Shown here piece after piece: positions 10,561 through 22,198 of a DNA stretch of 64,000 nt; position 1 is the first letter of the stretch, and each line of letters starts with the position of its first letter. The DNA lies in the NCBI RefSeq assembly GCF_000143415.4, contig NW_003314343.1, positions 744,813 to 808,812 of the forward strand, read 5' to 3'. A program made the translations under genes and the position numbers. The notes under the pieces were generated by a model. That model was not told the DNA's origin. It saw only the letters and a program-made list of their open reading frames with translations, and made no database searches. The stretch comes from Selaginella moellendorffii. Lineage: Eukaryota > Plantae > Lycopodiophyta.

Positions 10561-13479
10561 TTACAGGGCGAAAAGCTTTCATTTTTTAAAAGTTATTTCT
10601 TCACAGATAGTCAACTTTTGTCAAAGATAAAGTGGGAAAAGCAAAATACAGTCATAAACCTCATAGGAGGTGATTGGGTTATTGACTTTGACCTTAAAAG
10701 ACATTTCCACACTAAATATTAACAAAATGTACCAAAACTAAACTTTGGTCCCTCTTCACAAAGTAGAAAGATGTACTTAAATAATTTGTTGTGAATGCTT
10801 GGTTTGCTTAATTTCTATTTAGTATTATTAATTGATAAATAATTATAGACATGTTTATACTTTATAAATCAATATTTATCATGATAGTAGAATAAACAAG
10901 AATATACTAAAAAGTGTTTAGGAAATAATATAAACTATAAATACAAAATTAATCTAAATGAATAATAACTGTTAGATGGTAAAATGTTTTAAAGTATTTA
11001 AGCATATTATAAATATATCCACTACCACCTCAATATCTTTATAAGTTTACTTAAACAAACTATAGTATGTAATTTGTAATTACAGTTTTGGAAAGTGTAC
11101 CTAGGGTGGGTGGCCTACCAAAAAAGTGTGCAAACCTGTAAAATATATATATATAAAACACATATGTGCTTAAATTGTTGTAACAGATGTGTGACTTAAA
11201 TAATATTTTTAGCATAACTTTTTTCTTATACATAGGCATGTATTGGTGTTTGCCATATATGTTTAGATCAGTACCATGTGTGTGATTTTTTGCACTATAT
11301 AAATTTTAACTCTATACCAGTTTTTTTGGCACATCAGCAAAGTTTAGAGTTTAGGTTAGGGCTTTTGAGTGTGATATTTTTCAGCATATATGCTAAATTT
11401 TAAGTGTCTTTGGGATGTATGGGTTAAACTTGCTATTGCTTCATACTTGGGGCACTCTCCTTGGTAAAGGTAATGAAAAGTGTTTTAAAAGTGAGTGGTT
11501 TTGCAAAAAATGAAAAATGTTTTAAATTAAATTTAAGTGTTAAATTAAGGGAAGGTTACAGAATGAGGGATTTTGCTTCCTCATTTAGAGTGAACTAGTG
11601 TACATTGCATTAGTATCTCAAGATCGTAGGCTAGGAAGGGGTCTATCTCTTAAGAGTGTTGTTGTGGTTCAAGTGCTTCTTGAAAAGCTTCTCCCATAAT
11701 GTGAAAAATTGACAATGTAAAGGATTACATATATCAATGGAAAACTAAGAAATATAAGATAGAGAGTGAACAAATAAATGATAAAAGCTACACTGACTCG
11801 TGTTTGCCTAGAGCATTGACACTAAGTTTCCCTTACCACATCAAAATCATAGTCTTGATTAATGCATTGATGCAACTTTTGTTTTATAGTATATTGCAAG
11901 TTAAAGCTTTGAGTCACTTATTTACACAGAATCATTAATGTTAGTAGAGTGTCTATATAATATTACACATTTGGTAGTGTTATTTTATATGCATAGGGAG
12001 TTGTTATTATCACCAACATACTTATGTCAACAAATAAAAGAAGACAAACTCTTTACAAATGTTATTGTAGGTTGGTCCAAATGACTAGGTGAGGGAGTTC
12101 AATGAAATAAAGATGGATATAATGAATGCATGGGAGGATTATAATGTAGTACTTTTGTGTTATAACTAGATGAAAATTGCACTTTTTTATATATATAAAT
12201 GACAATGTGTTTATAGTGGATCAAACACTTTTTCAATGGAGGTGTGGTGCAAGGTAGTTTAATATTTCAAAACAAATACATGTGTTTATGTATTTGTGAA
12301 GGCATTGTATAAATTCAGTATAAAAGACTTCAAGCAAATTATGAGCATATCAATCATCCCTCATGTAAATCAATCATGTTTATCTTTATGAACATAGTGC
12401 ACACTTTCACAAAGAGGCACAAATATTGCTCTACACATGTTCCAACAAGATTATTTTAACCAAATGAGTGGAGTGCAAGGTGGTGATAAGGTTTCAATTT
12501 ACGACTTCTAACATGCATTTAATATAGTATAAATCATGCTTCTAACCTCAAAAGATATTATCACACTAAACATTAACAAAATGTATCAAAACCCAACTCT
12601 AGTCCCTTTTCATGAGGTACATATACAAAGTCTTTATATTGTCAATATATTTGGTGGTTTTCTTTTTCAGGAGCTAATAGGCCTTCACAACCACACAATG
12701 AAAAAGTAATGTAAAAAGCTTTGAGTTTAGCCACAAAGTCATATAACACCTCACACTCATGCTAGAGGTTGGATGCACATCCAATTGCACCCTTCTTACA
12801 TGCCATGTATGTTATTATGTTTATCAAAATTGTTATCATATAAACTCCAAACTTATAAAGTGTTTTTATAGAAACCACTTGAAATAATGTTCACATCTAG
12901 ATTATAGAAAAATATTCATTCTATCCAAAACTACTTCAATGCTCTTTATGTAAACCACTTACTAAAGAGAGGCAATTACTCTACTATATATCTTAGCTTG
13001 TGTACAAACTACTTTATGTCACGGTAGTGGTCCTCAACCTCTAAACTCAAGGAGCAAGTTGTCAGTTTTGCATTTTAAAGGGAAGAGGATCTTCAAGGCT
13101 ATGATTGAGGAACTCAAATTATATATAAGGTTTAGTGATGCATTTCAAAATTCAAAACATACCAACAAGAACCTCACTTGCAAGTGTGTTTGTGTCAACA
13201 AGATGATATGAGTGTTTGGGTCTAATAAATTAATAAACTGCTATATTGTAACCATGTACCCAAGTGCACATCATTCATATTGCAAAACTCTCAACAATGC
13301 ATCACAACATAATCATTGCAACAACCACTAAGCTTAAGCTAAGAAACAAAAACCTAAGAAAAAAAAGATTATGCTATCAATTTGTAGTGTGACAAACAAC
13401 TGCAATGCCAAAACCACTGTGATCGATACCCTAAGAACCCAAAAAAAATATTATCTCTACACTATAATCAATTGTGCTC

Positions 13480-14790
13480 ACTGCTATACTCTAATCAATC
13501 ACACTTGGCATTGTGCTAGATTAGGGTATTACACTACAAATAGGCCACAAAAAATGAGAGGTGTGATCAATTGATTAAAGCATAGTTACATTAGGGTGCA
13601 TTATAATCAATATACATCTCTATGCCATGAGAAATGAACCACAACTAAATGAGAGGAGAGAGATGATCATAATCAGTATATCAAAAATCTACACTCATAA
13701 AAATAAGATTTGTGATACACATCACAATCATGTTATCATGCATCACAAATAGGCCACAAGGAATGAAAGGTGTGATTAATTGATTAAAGCACAGTGCTTA
13801 CATTTAAAGGTAGAGAAATGAAAGGAGAGAGATGATCATAATCAACACATCACAAATCTACACTCACAACCAAGCTACCGTCCGATCAACTCCACGAGAT
13901 CAGATCTGCACTGTCCAACAACGCTCAATCTCAGCCAATCATCATCTCCACAACAGATCACAGCCCTCAGATCTTGGCACACAATCGCCACCGTTCAAAC
14001 TAAACCCCACCAAGTTTCACGGGACACAAACCTAAGTCCCCAACAGCAGCTCGCCAGCACCCTTTCCAGCGCGCCACCAGCTCCAGCAACGATGCCCAAG
14101 CGCAAGATGAGAGCCACCCCCCCAAGACGCCTCAGGTATGTCCGCCACAGCTGGTATCAGATTTGTGATATGTTGATATGCCACAATCATGGTATCTGAT
14201 TTGTGATATGTTGATATGCCACAACCACAAGAAATGAGCCACAACTGTGAGAAATAAGAGGAGAGATATGATCATAATCAATATATCATAAATTTGCATT
14301 CACAAGAATAAGATTTATGATACACATTACAATTATGTTGTCTAATTTGTGATGTGCTAATAAAATTTCTTTAATTAGCATATAGAATAAGATTTGTGAT
14401 ATATATCATAATCATGTTGTCACATGATCATAAATAAGCCATGAGAAATGAGAGGTGCGATTAATTGATTAAAGAAAAATGCTTACATTAGGGTGTGTTG
14501 TGACTAACATACACCTCCAAATCACGAGGAATGAGCCATAATTGTGAAAAATGAAAAGAGAGAAATGATCACAATTAGCATATCACAAATTTGTGTTCAC
14601 AAGAATAAGATTTGTGATGCACATCACAATCATATTGTTTAATTTGTGATGCATCATCACAATAAGCACATCACAAATTTGTGCTGATTTGTGATGTATG
14701 ATCACAATTAGCAAATCACAAATCTGTCTTAGTGTTATCATAAATTAGCAGATCACAAATCATGTTGGATGTGGCATGATGCTTATGTGG
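13480..14790. repeat. Degenerate array of ATCACAAAT/ATTTGTGAT motifs in both orientations, probably the subterminal-repeat region of a non-autonomous DNA transposon, within a 4.5-kb AT-rich non-coding block (10560-15140)
   Basis: Many atcacaa(a)t and atttgtgat copies. Longer repeated units at ~13530, ~13740 and ~14430. A 38-bp tandem duplication at 14153-14225. No credible ORFs. Confidence 0.55.
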
Positions 14791-15410
14791 CAGCCTAAAG
14801 TGTCATGCCATATACATACATGGCATACCCTATGACAAAAATATTATACACACAATCACAACCAAACAAGAAATATTTAACATGATGGTGTGTATAATAT
14901 TTTTACATGCAACTCAAAATAGAAATAGATTTGCATATGTGTAAATATATAATGATACCTAAATAATTCCTTGGAAACTATAATTATTAAAGGATACTGT
15001 TATTTTTAGATGTAAAGCAAAAACTTAAAATTATTACTGAATCATAATCATTTTGTTAAATGGAATATTAAAATTAAAAAAAAACACATAGTTGTATTTC
15101 TAAACTATGTACTACATATTATAAACTAGATTTTAATCTTGCAGTGCAATTTCTTTCACTGTGGTTCCATTTGAAGCACGTCTCTTCATCTCTTTTGAGA
15201 TACCAAACAACAACTACTACTAGAAGCACACAATCTTTATCCACAAAATCCATTGATATTGGAAGAGAACACAGAAACATAATATCCTTATCTCATGGAA
15301 TGCCCTTCTTGGAGCATACACTGAAGCTGGTCATTTAACTCAGGCTACTCGAGTTTACAGTTTAATGGTTACAAAATAAAGTTGATCTCTTCCTTACAAA
15401 TGCTCTAGTA

Positions 15411-16868
15411 TTATCGAACCATTAGTGACTTAATTCTCGCAACAAATACATCAAAGTTCTTTTGAGAGCTTCCACCTTGAGCCACAGCTCTACTTGCCGC
15501 AGCTTTGAACTCCTTGACTCGGCTCTTCATACCTTCCGCCCCAGGACTCTCCATAATCTCCCTCACAACTCGTTCCACCTCATTGCTATCCACTAATCCA
15601 TTGTCATTACCAATAACTTCCACTCCAATGCGGAGGCCATCAACCAGGTATCGGCAGTTTGGAGCCTGGTCTCCAAGGAAAGGCCAGCCGATCACCGGCA
15701 CTCCAGCTAGAGTTATAGCTTCCAGCGTCGAGTTCCAGCCGCAGTGCGTGAGAAATCCTCCCAGCGACGAGTGAGCGAGTATGAGATGCTGCGGTGCCCA
15801 GCTGGGCAGCACGAGGCCTCGCTCCTCGGTGCGTTTTAGAAATCCCTCTGGAAGTAGAACCTCGAGCCCCTCGATCGACTTGTTCTTCACGGGCACCACC
15901 CACAGGAATCGCTGCTGGCTGGCCTCCAGCCCGAGAGCTAGCTCGGAAATTTGCCGTGGAGTCAAGAGTGCAAAGCTTCCAAACGAGACGTAGAGCACAG
16001 ACTCCACAGGCTGCTCGTCGAGCCAGCTCTGGCACCTTTCTTCCTCGGAGCTCCTCAACACCGCGGATTCCTTGGTGGCGAAGTACTTCGATGGGAAGAG
16101 CGGGCCGATTGGAAGAAGCTCGTGGTGTTTGATCTCCTCGAAACTCTCCGCGAGTGCCTTGAAAAGCTCGGGCTCCAGCTCCGTGAAGCTGTTGAAGAGG
16201 ATTCCATCTGAGGAGATTATGTGCTCGTTGAATCCCATATGGAGGGGATACAAGCAGTGACCATCGTCGGTCATGGCGTCAGGGACGTCTCTCCGGTACA
16301 AGGGAAGCAATCCCTCCACCTTCATGGTCTCGAATCCCGGAAACTTGACTGGAAGAAGTTTCTTCCTGTAGAGAGATCTCGCGTGGAGCGAGAGAGCCAA
16401 GTAGTTGGGCGCGGCCGGGTAGAGGATGAATCTGGGGAGACCAGTCTTCACTAGCAGCTCCTCGCTCCAGTTGAGAATCATGTCGACGATCACGCAGCAA
16501 GGGGACGAAGAACTCACCTTAAGTTCCTCGAGCAGGGCCGCGAGAGCGATCTTCTGCCGCGAGTAGTCACTGGGCCACTCATAGCCGCTTCGAACCGCAA
16601 CACGAAGGCCCTCCATCGTCCAGCCTTGTTGATGTTGCTCCTCTTGGCCGTGATCTTGGAGTGGAAGCTTGGTTAGAGTGATGGGCAGCCCTTGGAAATC
16701 CGTGGAAGCCACCAGCGAGAAAGAGGCCGCGTCTGGGACCACCAGAGTGATGGATAATCCCATGGAAGCTAGCTTCGTGGCGAGCGTCAAGGCTGGATTA
16801 ATGTGGCCTATGCCGTTACAGGTGAGGAGAAGGACATGGCGAGTGGCAATTTTCTCCGCATTCTCCAT
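15411..16868 (-). CDS. Family 1 UDP-glycosyltransferase (copy B, paralogue of 5627-7099)
   Basis: 485 aa. GIGHINP catalytic His. PSPG box ending WPFLGDQ. Long stretches are near-identical to copy A, with a 6-aa indel (TPDALN absent). Confidence 0.95.
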   Translation of the reverse strand: MENAEKIATRHVLLLTCNGIGHINPALTLATKLASMGLSITLVVPDAASFSLVASTDFQGLPITLTKLPLQDHGQEEQHQQGWTMEGLRVAVRSGYEWPSDYSRQKIALAALLEELKVSSSSPCCVIVDMILNWSEELLVKTGLPRFILYPAAPNYLALSLHARSLYRKKLLPVKFPGFETMKVEGLLPLYRRDVPDAMTDDGHCLYPLHMGFNEHIISSDGILFNSFTELEPELFKALAESFEEIKHHELLPIGPLFPSKYFATKESAVLRSSEEERCQSWLDEQPVESVLYVSFGSFALLTPRQISELALGLEASQQRFLWVVPVKNKSIEGLEVLLPEGFLKRTEERGLVLPSWAPQHLILAHSSLGGFLTHCGWNSTLEAITLAGVPVIGWPFLGDQAPNCRYLVDGLRIGVEVIGNDNGLVDSNEVERVVREIMESPGAEGMKSRVKEFKAAASRAVAQGGSSQKNFDVFVARIKSLMVR

Positions 16869-17038
16869 AGCCGAGACGACAAAGAATGCTAGGGTTTAAA
16901 AATGTGTTGGCGGACTTTAGATTGAAATTAAAACCCAGCTCTGGATCACAGGAATTAGGGTTCTTGGCAGCTCAGAGAGAAATTCCTAGCTAGGGCGCGG
17001 CAGCGGGTCAGTCCATCGATCGATCGGCCGCGGCGAGA

Positions 17039-18083
17039 ATGTTCCGCAATCAGTACGATACGGATGTGACGACATGGAGCCCGGCGGGGCGGCTCCATCA
17101 GGTGGAGTATGCTATGGAGGGCGTGAAGCAGGGAAGCGCGGCAGTGGGGCTCAAGTGTAAGACTCATGTTGTTCTGGCGTCGGTGAACAAGGCGTCGTCG
17201 GAGCTCTCCTCGTACCAGAAGAAGCTGTTCAAGATCGATGAGAATATCGGCGTGGCTATGGCGGGGATTATCGCCGACGGACGAGTGCTGTGTAAGTTCA
17301 TGAGATCCGAGTGTATTTACCACCAGTTCGTGTTTGAGGCGCCTCTCCCCGTGAGCCGCCTCGTTGTTCAAGTGGCAGACAAAGCCCAGGTGAGATCTTC
17401 TTCCTCCCATTCTTCATTGCATTTCCTTCTTGATGGTCCTTATCTTCTTGCGTGCTCGTCACTCCAGTTTCTAGTTCTAGCTTGTTTGAGCGATCTTTCT
17501 CGCTTTTTCTCAGCTTCCTTGATCTTTTCTCTTTTTTGTCTGCTTGGTGATTTCCTTGTTTGAGTTTCTAATTCATCTCTCCATTGCATTTTTCCAGGTT
17601 TGCACGCAGAGATCTTGGAAACGACCATACGGCGTTGGCCTGCTCGTAGCGGGACTCGACGAAGCTGGTCCACATCTCTACTACAATTGCCCGTCCGGGA
17701 ACTACTACGAGTACTACGCCTTCGCAATCGGGTCGCGCTCGCAAGCCGCCAAGACATACTTGGAGAGAAGGTTTGAGACTTTCAAGGACTGCTCCCGGGA
17801 CGAGCTCATCCGCCACGCACTCCTGGCCGTCAAGGAGTCCTTGCAGGACGAGGAACTCAAGAGCACCAACTGTGGGATTGCCGTCGTGGGAGCCGACGAA
17901 GACTTCCACATCCTCGACGGCGAGACTCTCCAATCTTTCATCGACACCTTGGAGGACAACAAAGCCGAAGCCAAAGAAGCAGCTCCAGAGGATCCCGCGT
18001 CTACTTCCGGTGGTGGTGAAGCCGGTCCCAGTGCAGGAGCAGCAGAAGAACCACCGGCCGAGGCGACTCCAATGGATATGTGA
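17039..18083 (+). CDS. PAF1: 20S proteasome subunit alpha type-1 (alpha-6/PAF); exons 17039-17389 and 17598-18083
   Basis: N-terminal signature [40 protein letters not shown]|[16 protein letters not shown] joins across a GT-AG intron. Acidic C-terminal tail; 278 aa. Confidence 0.95.
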
Positions 18084-18212
18084 TTCACACACGGACGGCA
18101 TCTTTCAGATCAGGGACTTAACTTTTTTCTTTTGATTCTGGTTATATTTCATACATTTTCTTTCTTCTTGCGTGCTTCTCTCAGGAAACCCGGACACGCC
18201 TCCAAAGCGTTT

Positions 18213-20300
18213 CTAGCCGATTTCCTTCTTCTCTGAACTTGAGAGCTCCAGGCCAGTTCTTTTGAGCAATCTGTTTGCTAACGCTTTGTTGACGCCTCTT
18301 CCAGTGGCGGCCTGGAAATAAATGTTGGACAGCAGCAGATAAGACGCCTTTTGCTGAGGATCCAAGTTGAAAGCCCGTGCCGCGACTCTCAGTCCCCTGG
18401 CTACATCGCCATGGATCTTACAAGCTCCAAGCAGCGTGATCCAGGCGACAGCGTCAGGCTTGCAAGGCATCAACTGGATCAACCTCTCGGCAACGTCCAA
18501 CTGTCCGGCCTTGCCAAGCAAGTCGATCAAGCAAGTGAAGTGATCCACGCTCGCGGCTATTCCGTACTCACGGGTCAGCACTTCGAAGTAGTAACACGCG
18601 TCCTCCAAGGTTCCTCCGTACGCCGAGGCCGAGAGGATTCCCAGGAAAGTTATATCGTTTGGAGAGACCCCTTCCAGTCCCATGGTGTGGAAGAGCTCCA
18701 TTGCTTGGCTTCCAAGCCCGGCTTGTGCGTACGCCGAGATCATCGCGTTCCAAGTAACTTCATTCTTGAAGCTCATCTTGTCAAACAAGAGTTTGGAGTT
18801 TTCAAGAGTGCTACACTTCCCGTACATGTGGATGAGGGCATTGGCGACGATTGGAGTAGTCTCGTAGCGCTTTTGGATTGATATCGAGTGGAGGAGTTTG
18901 CCATCAGCAAGGCCATTAGATCCGGCACAGCAGTCGATCGCGATTGCGAGTGTGGTGTCGAGCACGCGGTAGCCTTCGAGATCCATGGCTTTGAAGACAA
19001 AGATCGCGGACTTTGGCTTGTTGTTTTGGTTGTAGGCGACCATCATTGTGTTCCACGACACCGTGTCTCTCTCCGGCATCCTGGAGAATGTCTCCTCCAC
19101 GTCAACGAGCTCCCCGTACTGCGACAGCGCCGCCAACATTGCGTTCCAGGAGACCACCGTACGGCTGGGCATCTTCTCAAAGAAATCCTTTGCTTGCTCC
19201 AGATGCCCGTTTTGGGCATATGCCGAGACCATTGCATTCCAAGCCGCCGCGTCCCTACGGGGAATCCGGTCGAAAATTCGTCGAGCCGAGAGAATATCCC
19301 CTGCTTGGGCATATGCCGCCACGAGAGCGGTGTAAGAGACGACGTTCGGGTTGGGCATCTGGTCAAAGAGTCTTTGGGCCCGTACGACATCACCGGACTG
19401 TCCATACGCGGTGATCATAGCTGTCAAGGTGTGAGAATCCTGCTGTGGCAATTGATCAAAGAGAAGTTTTGCTTGGAAAAGATGCCCTTGCTGGGCATTT
19501 ACAGCGATAAGAACAGTGAAAGCGATTAAGGTTCTCTCAGGCATGGTGTCAAAGATCGCAGTGGCCTCGGGCAGTTTTCCGCACTGAGCGTATGCCGTGA
19601 CCATCGCGGTCCAAGAAACAACGTCGCGCTGCGGCATCGCGTTAAAGAGCTTTCTCGATTCGTGGATATGCCCGTTCTGGGCAAATGCTGCGAGCATCGC
19701 GTTCCAGGAGACAACGTTTCGATCGGGCATGGTGTCGAAGATCTGCTTGGCTTCGTAAACACTGCTGTTTTGCGCATATGCAGCAATCAAAGTGTTCCAA
19801 GATGAAACGTCGTGATCAGGCATTCGATCAAAGACGACCTTTGCTTCGTCTAGATGCCCAAGTTGGGCATATGCCTTGATCATCGCGTTCCAGGCCACCG
19901 CGTCCTTGTGGGGCATTTGGTCAAAGACCCGTCTCGCTCTGGCGATCTCCCTGTTTTCCGTGTATATTCCCATGAGAATCGTCCACGACACGATGTTTGG
20001 GCGTTCCAGGCGATCGAAAACTCGCTGGGCTTCGTCCAGGCTCCCGCATTTGCCATACATTTCCACCAGCAAATTCGCGAGATGGCGGTCGGACCGGTAA
20101 GCGTCGCCGGCGAGGATGTAGCTGTGTACTCTCCGTGTTTGTGAGAGATCTCCCCTGCACGATCGAATGAGCTGAGCGAGAGAATCCACAGAACTCCCAT
20201 TTTGCTGGAGAAATCTGGCGATGCTATCGTGCGAGGAAGAAGAAGATGGGAATGCCCTCGTGTTGTGAATCACTGAAGAGCAATTGGCAATAGCGGGCAT
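18213..20300 (-). CDS. PLS-class PPR protein with E domain, no DYW
   Basis: 695 aa. Tandem ~31-aa motifs (VSWNAM.AAYAQ.G...EA..IFD.MP). HFTCLIDLLGKAGQL, WITLLGACKIHGD and SYLLLSNIY are present. Confidence 0.92.
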   Translation of the reverse strand: MPAIANCSSVIHNTRAFPSSSSSHDSIARFLQQNGSSVDSLAQLIRSCRGDLSQTRRVHSYILAGDAYRSDRHLANLLVEMYGKCGSLDEAQRVFDRLERPNIVSWTILMGIYTENREIARARRVFDQMPHKDAVAWNAMIKAYAQLGHLDEAKVVFDRMPDHDVSSWNTLIAAYAQNSSVYEAKQIFDTMPDRNVVSWNAMLAAFAQNGHIHESRKLFNAMPQRDVVSWTAMVTAYAQCGKLPEATAIFDTMPERTLIAFTVLIAVNAQQGHLFQAKLLFDQLPQQDSHTLTAMITAYGQSGDVVRAQRLFDQMPNPNVVSYTALVAAYAQAGDILSARRIFDRIPRRDAAAWNAMVSAYAQNGHLEQAKDFFEKMPSRTVVSWNAMLAALSQYGELVDVEETFSRMPERDTVSWNTMMVAYNQNNKPKSAIFVFKAMDLEGYRVLDTTLAIAIDCCAGSNGLADGKLLHSISIQKRYETTPIVANALIHMYGKCSTLENSKLLFDKMSFKNEVTWNAMISAYAQAGLGSQAMELFHTMGLEGVSPNDITFLGILSASAYGGTLEDACYYFEVLTREYGIAASVDHFTCLIDLLGKAGQLDVAERLIQLMPCKPDAVAWITLLGACKIHGDVARGLRVAARAFNLDPQQKASYLLLSNIYFQAATGRGVNKALANRLLKRTGLELSSSEKKEIG

Positions 20301-20368
20301 AGATGGCGCGATTGGACCGAGGGCATAGCGTCGGAAGCTAGATTAGATGAGATGGCGATGAGATCCCA

Positions 20369-22198
20369 ATGTGGGCGATCGTGATTCTAGCAGTGGCTGC
20401 CGATGGAGATTCCTCCAATTCCATTTTGATCGCCAGGGAACTCCTCCGCGACGTCAATCACAAGAAGCCGAGCACCGAGAATCGTTCTAGCCCCTCTTCT
20501 TTCCCCGATTTCTACACCCACGCGCTCAAATCCTGCAAGGATCTCTCCCATGCCCGGCAAATCCACGCAAAGATCGCCGGCGGCCAGCACAGGAAGAACC
20601 GATACCTCGCCAATCTCATCATCCAAATGTACGGTCGATGCGGTAGCATGGAGGAAGCGCGCGGCGTTTTCGACGGCCTGGATGAGCCCAATGTTTTCTC
20701 CTGGACGATCATTATTGCGGCATATGCCAAGAATGGGCATCTGTACGAGGCGAAGTGTTTGTATGATGTTATGCCAGATAAGGACGTAGTATCGTCTAAC
20801 TCGATCATAGCACTCTACGCACAGCGTGGAAACATTCGAATGGCAAGATATCTGTTTGATCTTATGCCGAGAAGAGATATCATATCTTGGAACTCTATGG
20901 TCACAGCGTATGCCTCAAACGGGCATTTGTTAGAAGCTCGGAGGCTCTTCAATGAGATGCCGGAAAGAGATGTTGTGTCTTGGAACGCGTTGATGAGCGG
21001 ATACTCACAAGGGGGATTTCTTCGCGAAGCTCGAAGCTTTTTTGAATCCGTTCCTGATCCAAACATTGTCACCTTGAACGCTATGATCACTGCTTACGTC
21101 CAGGCCGGCGATCTCCCTGGAGCTGAGGAAACGTTTGAGAGCATGGAGTTTCACGACGCAGTGTCATGCACGGCCATGATCACAGGGCATTCGCAGCAGG
21201 GAAACGTCCGTGCCGCAAGAGCAATCTTTAACTCGATGCCAGAGAACGAGCGCGATTCGATCGCGTGGAATGCGATTGTGGCGGCATATGCACAAGTTAA
21301 GAAACTAGAAGAAGCGATGAAACTTTTTCTTCAAATGCCGCATAAGGACATGGTGTCGTGGAATGCAATGGTCTCAGCTTATGCCCAGGCAGGGTATATG
21401 CTAGAAGCAAAGCAGATCTTTGACGATATGCCCAAACACAACATTGTCTCGTGGAGTGCTCTGATTTCGGGGTATGCGCAAAATGGTCACAGCCGCCAAG
21501 CCATCAGTCTCTTCAAAACCATGGATCTCGAAGGCATCCAACCAAACGAAGTAACTTTCGTCAGTGTTCTCGACGCCTGTGCTAGCGCGGTGGCGTTTCT
21601 CGAAGGAAGGCTCATCCATGAAGACGTGGTGGCGGCGGGGCTTCCACTCAATCTTCAAATCGCGAATGCTCTGCTCGATTTGTATGGAAAGTGTGGCAAA
21701 GTGTGGCTTGCTTTGGGGATCTTCTATGGAATGCCTTACCAGGACGAGATCTCCTGGACGGCCATGATCGCTGCTTACGTCCAGGCAAAGCTTCCATCTC
21801 AAGCTTTGGAGCTGCTTCACTACATGTCCGTGGAAGGAGTTCGTCCAAATGCTGTGACTTACGTGGGAGTTTTCTCGGCTTGTAGCCACAAAGGATCACT
21901 GGAAGTTGGGCAAGAACACTTCGCTCGCATGCTTTGCGACTATCAAGTAAATCCCGTGATGGATCATTACAAATGCGTGGTTGATCTCTTGGCCCGAGCT
22001 GGGAAAACGGGAGATGCCGAGGACTTGATCTTGGGGATGCCTTTCGAGGCCGATATTGTGTCGTGGATGACTTTGCTGAGTGCTTGTCGAGTGAATGGCG
22101 ATCAAGAGCGAGGAGCTCGGGCATCGCAGCAGCTTAGAGAGCTCGATCCAAAGAATGTATCATCGTTTGTTCTACTGTCAAACACGATCGCCACATAA
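20369..22198 (+). CDS. PLS-class PPR protein with E domain, no DYW
   Basis: 609 aa. Tandem short PPR motifs. HYKCVVDLLARAG, WMTLLSACRVNGD and SFVLLSNT are present. The true start codon is uncertain. Confidence 0.9.
   Translation: MWAIVILAVAADGDSSNSILIARELLRDVNHKKPSTENRSSPSSFPDFYTHALKSCKDLSHARQIHAKIAGGQHRKNRYLANLIIQMYGRCGSMEEARGVFDGLDEPNVFSWTIIIAAYAKNGHLYEAKCLYDVMPDKDVVSSNSIIALYAQRGNIRMARYLFDLMPRRDIISWNSMVTAYASNGHLLEARRLFNEMPERDVVSWNALMSGYSQGGFLREARSFFESVPDPNIVTLNAMITAYVQAGDLPGAEETFESMEFHDAVSCTAMITGHSQQGNVRAARAIFNSMPENERDSIAWNAIVAAYAQVKKLEEAMKLFLQMPHKDMVSWNAMVSAYAQAGYMLEAKQIFDDMPKHNIVSWSALISGYAQNGHSRQAISLFKTMDLEGIQPNEVTFVSVLDACASAVAFLEGRLIHEDVVAAGLPLNLQIANALLDLYGKCGKVWLALGIFYGMPYQDEISWTAMIAAYVQAKLPSQALELLHYMSVEGVRPNAVTYVGVFSACSHKGSLEVGQEHFARMLCDYQVNPVMDHYKCVVDLLARAGKTGDAEDLILGMPFEADIVSWMTLLSACRVNGDQERGARASQQLRELDPKNVSSFVLLSNTIAT

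Noticed and set aside
14152-14161. TGGTATCAGA resembling a tRNA-Met PBS
   Set aside because: It is part of a 38-bp tandem repeat (second copy tggtatctga), with no identifiable LTR pair.
5627-16868. Biosynthetic gene cluster (UGT x2, GT47, epimerase, 2OG dioxygenase)
   Set aside because: The GT47 and 2OG sequences are pseudogene fragments and there is no scaffold-forming enzyme. The UGTs are a simple local duplication.
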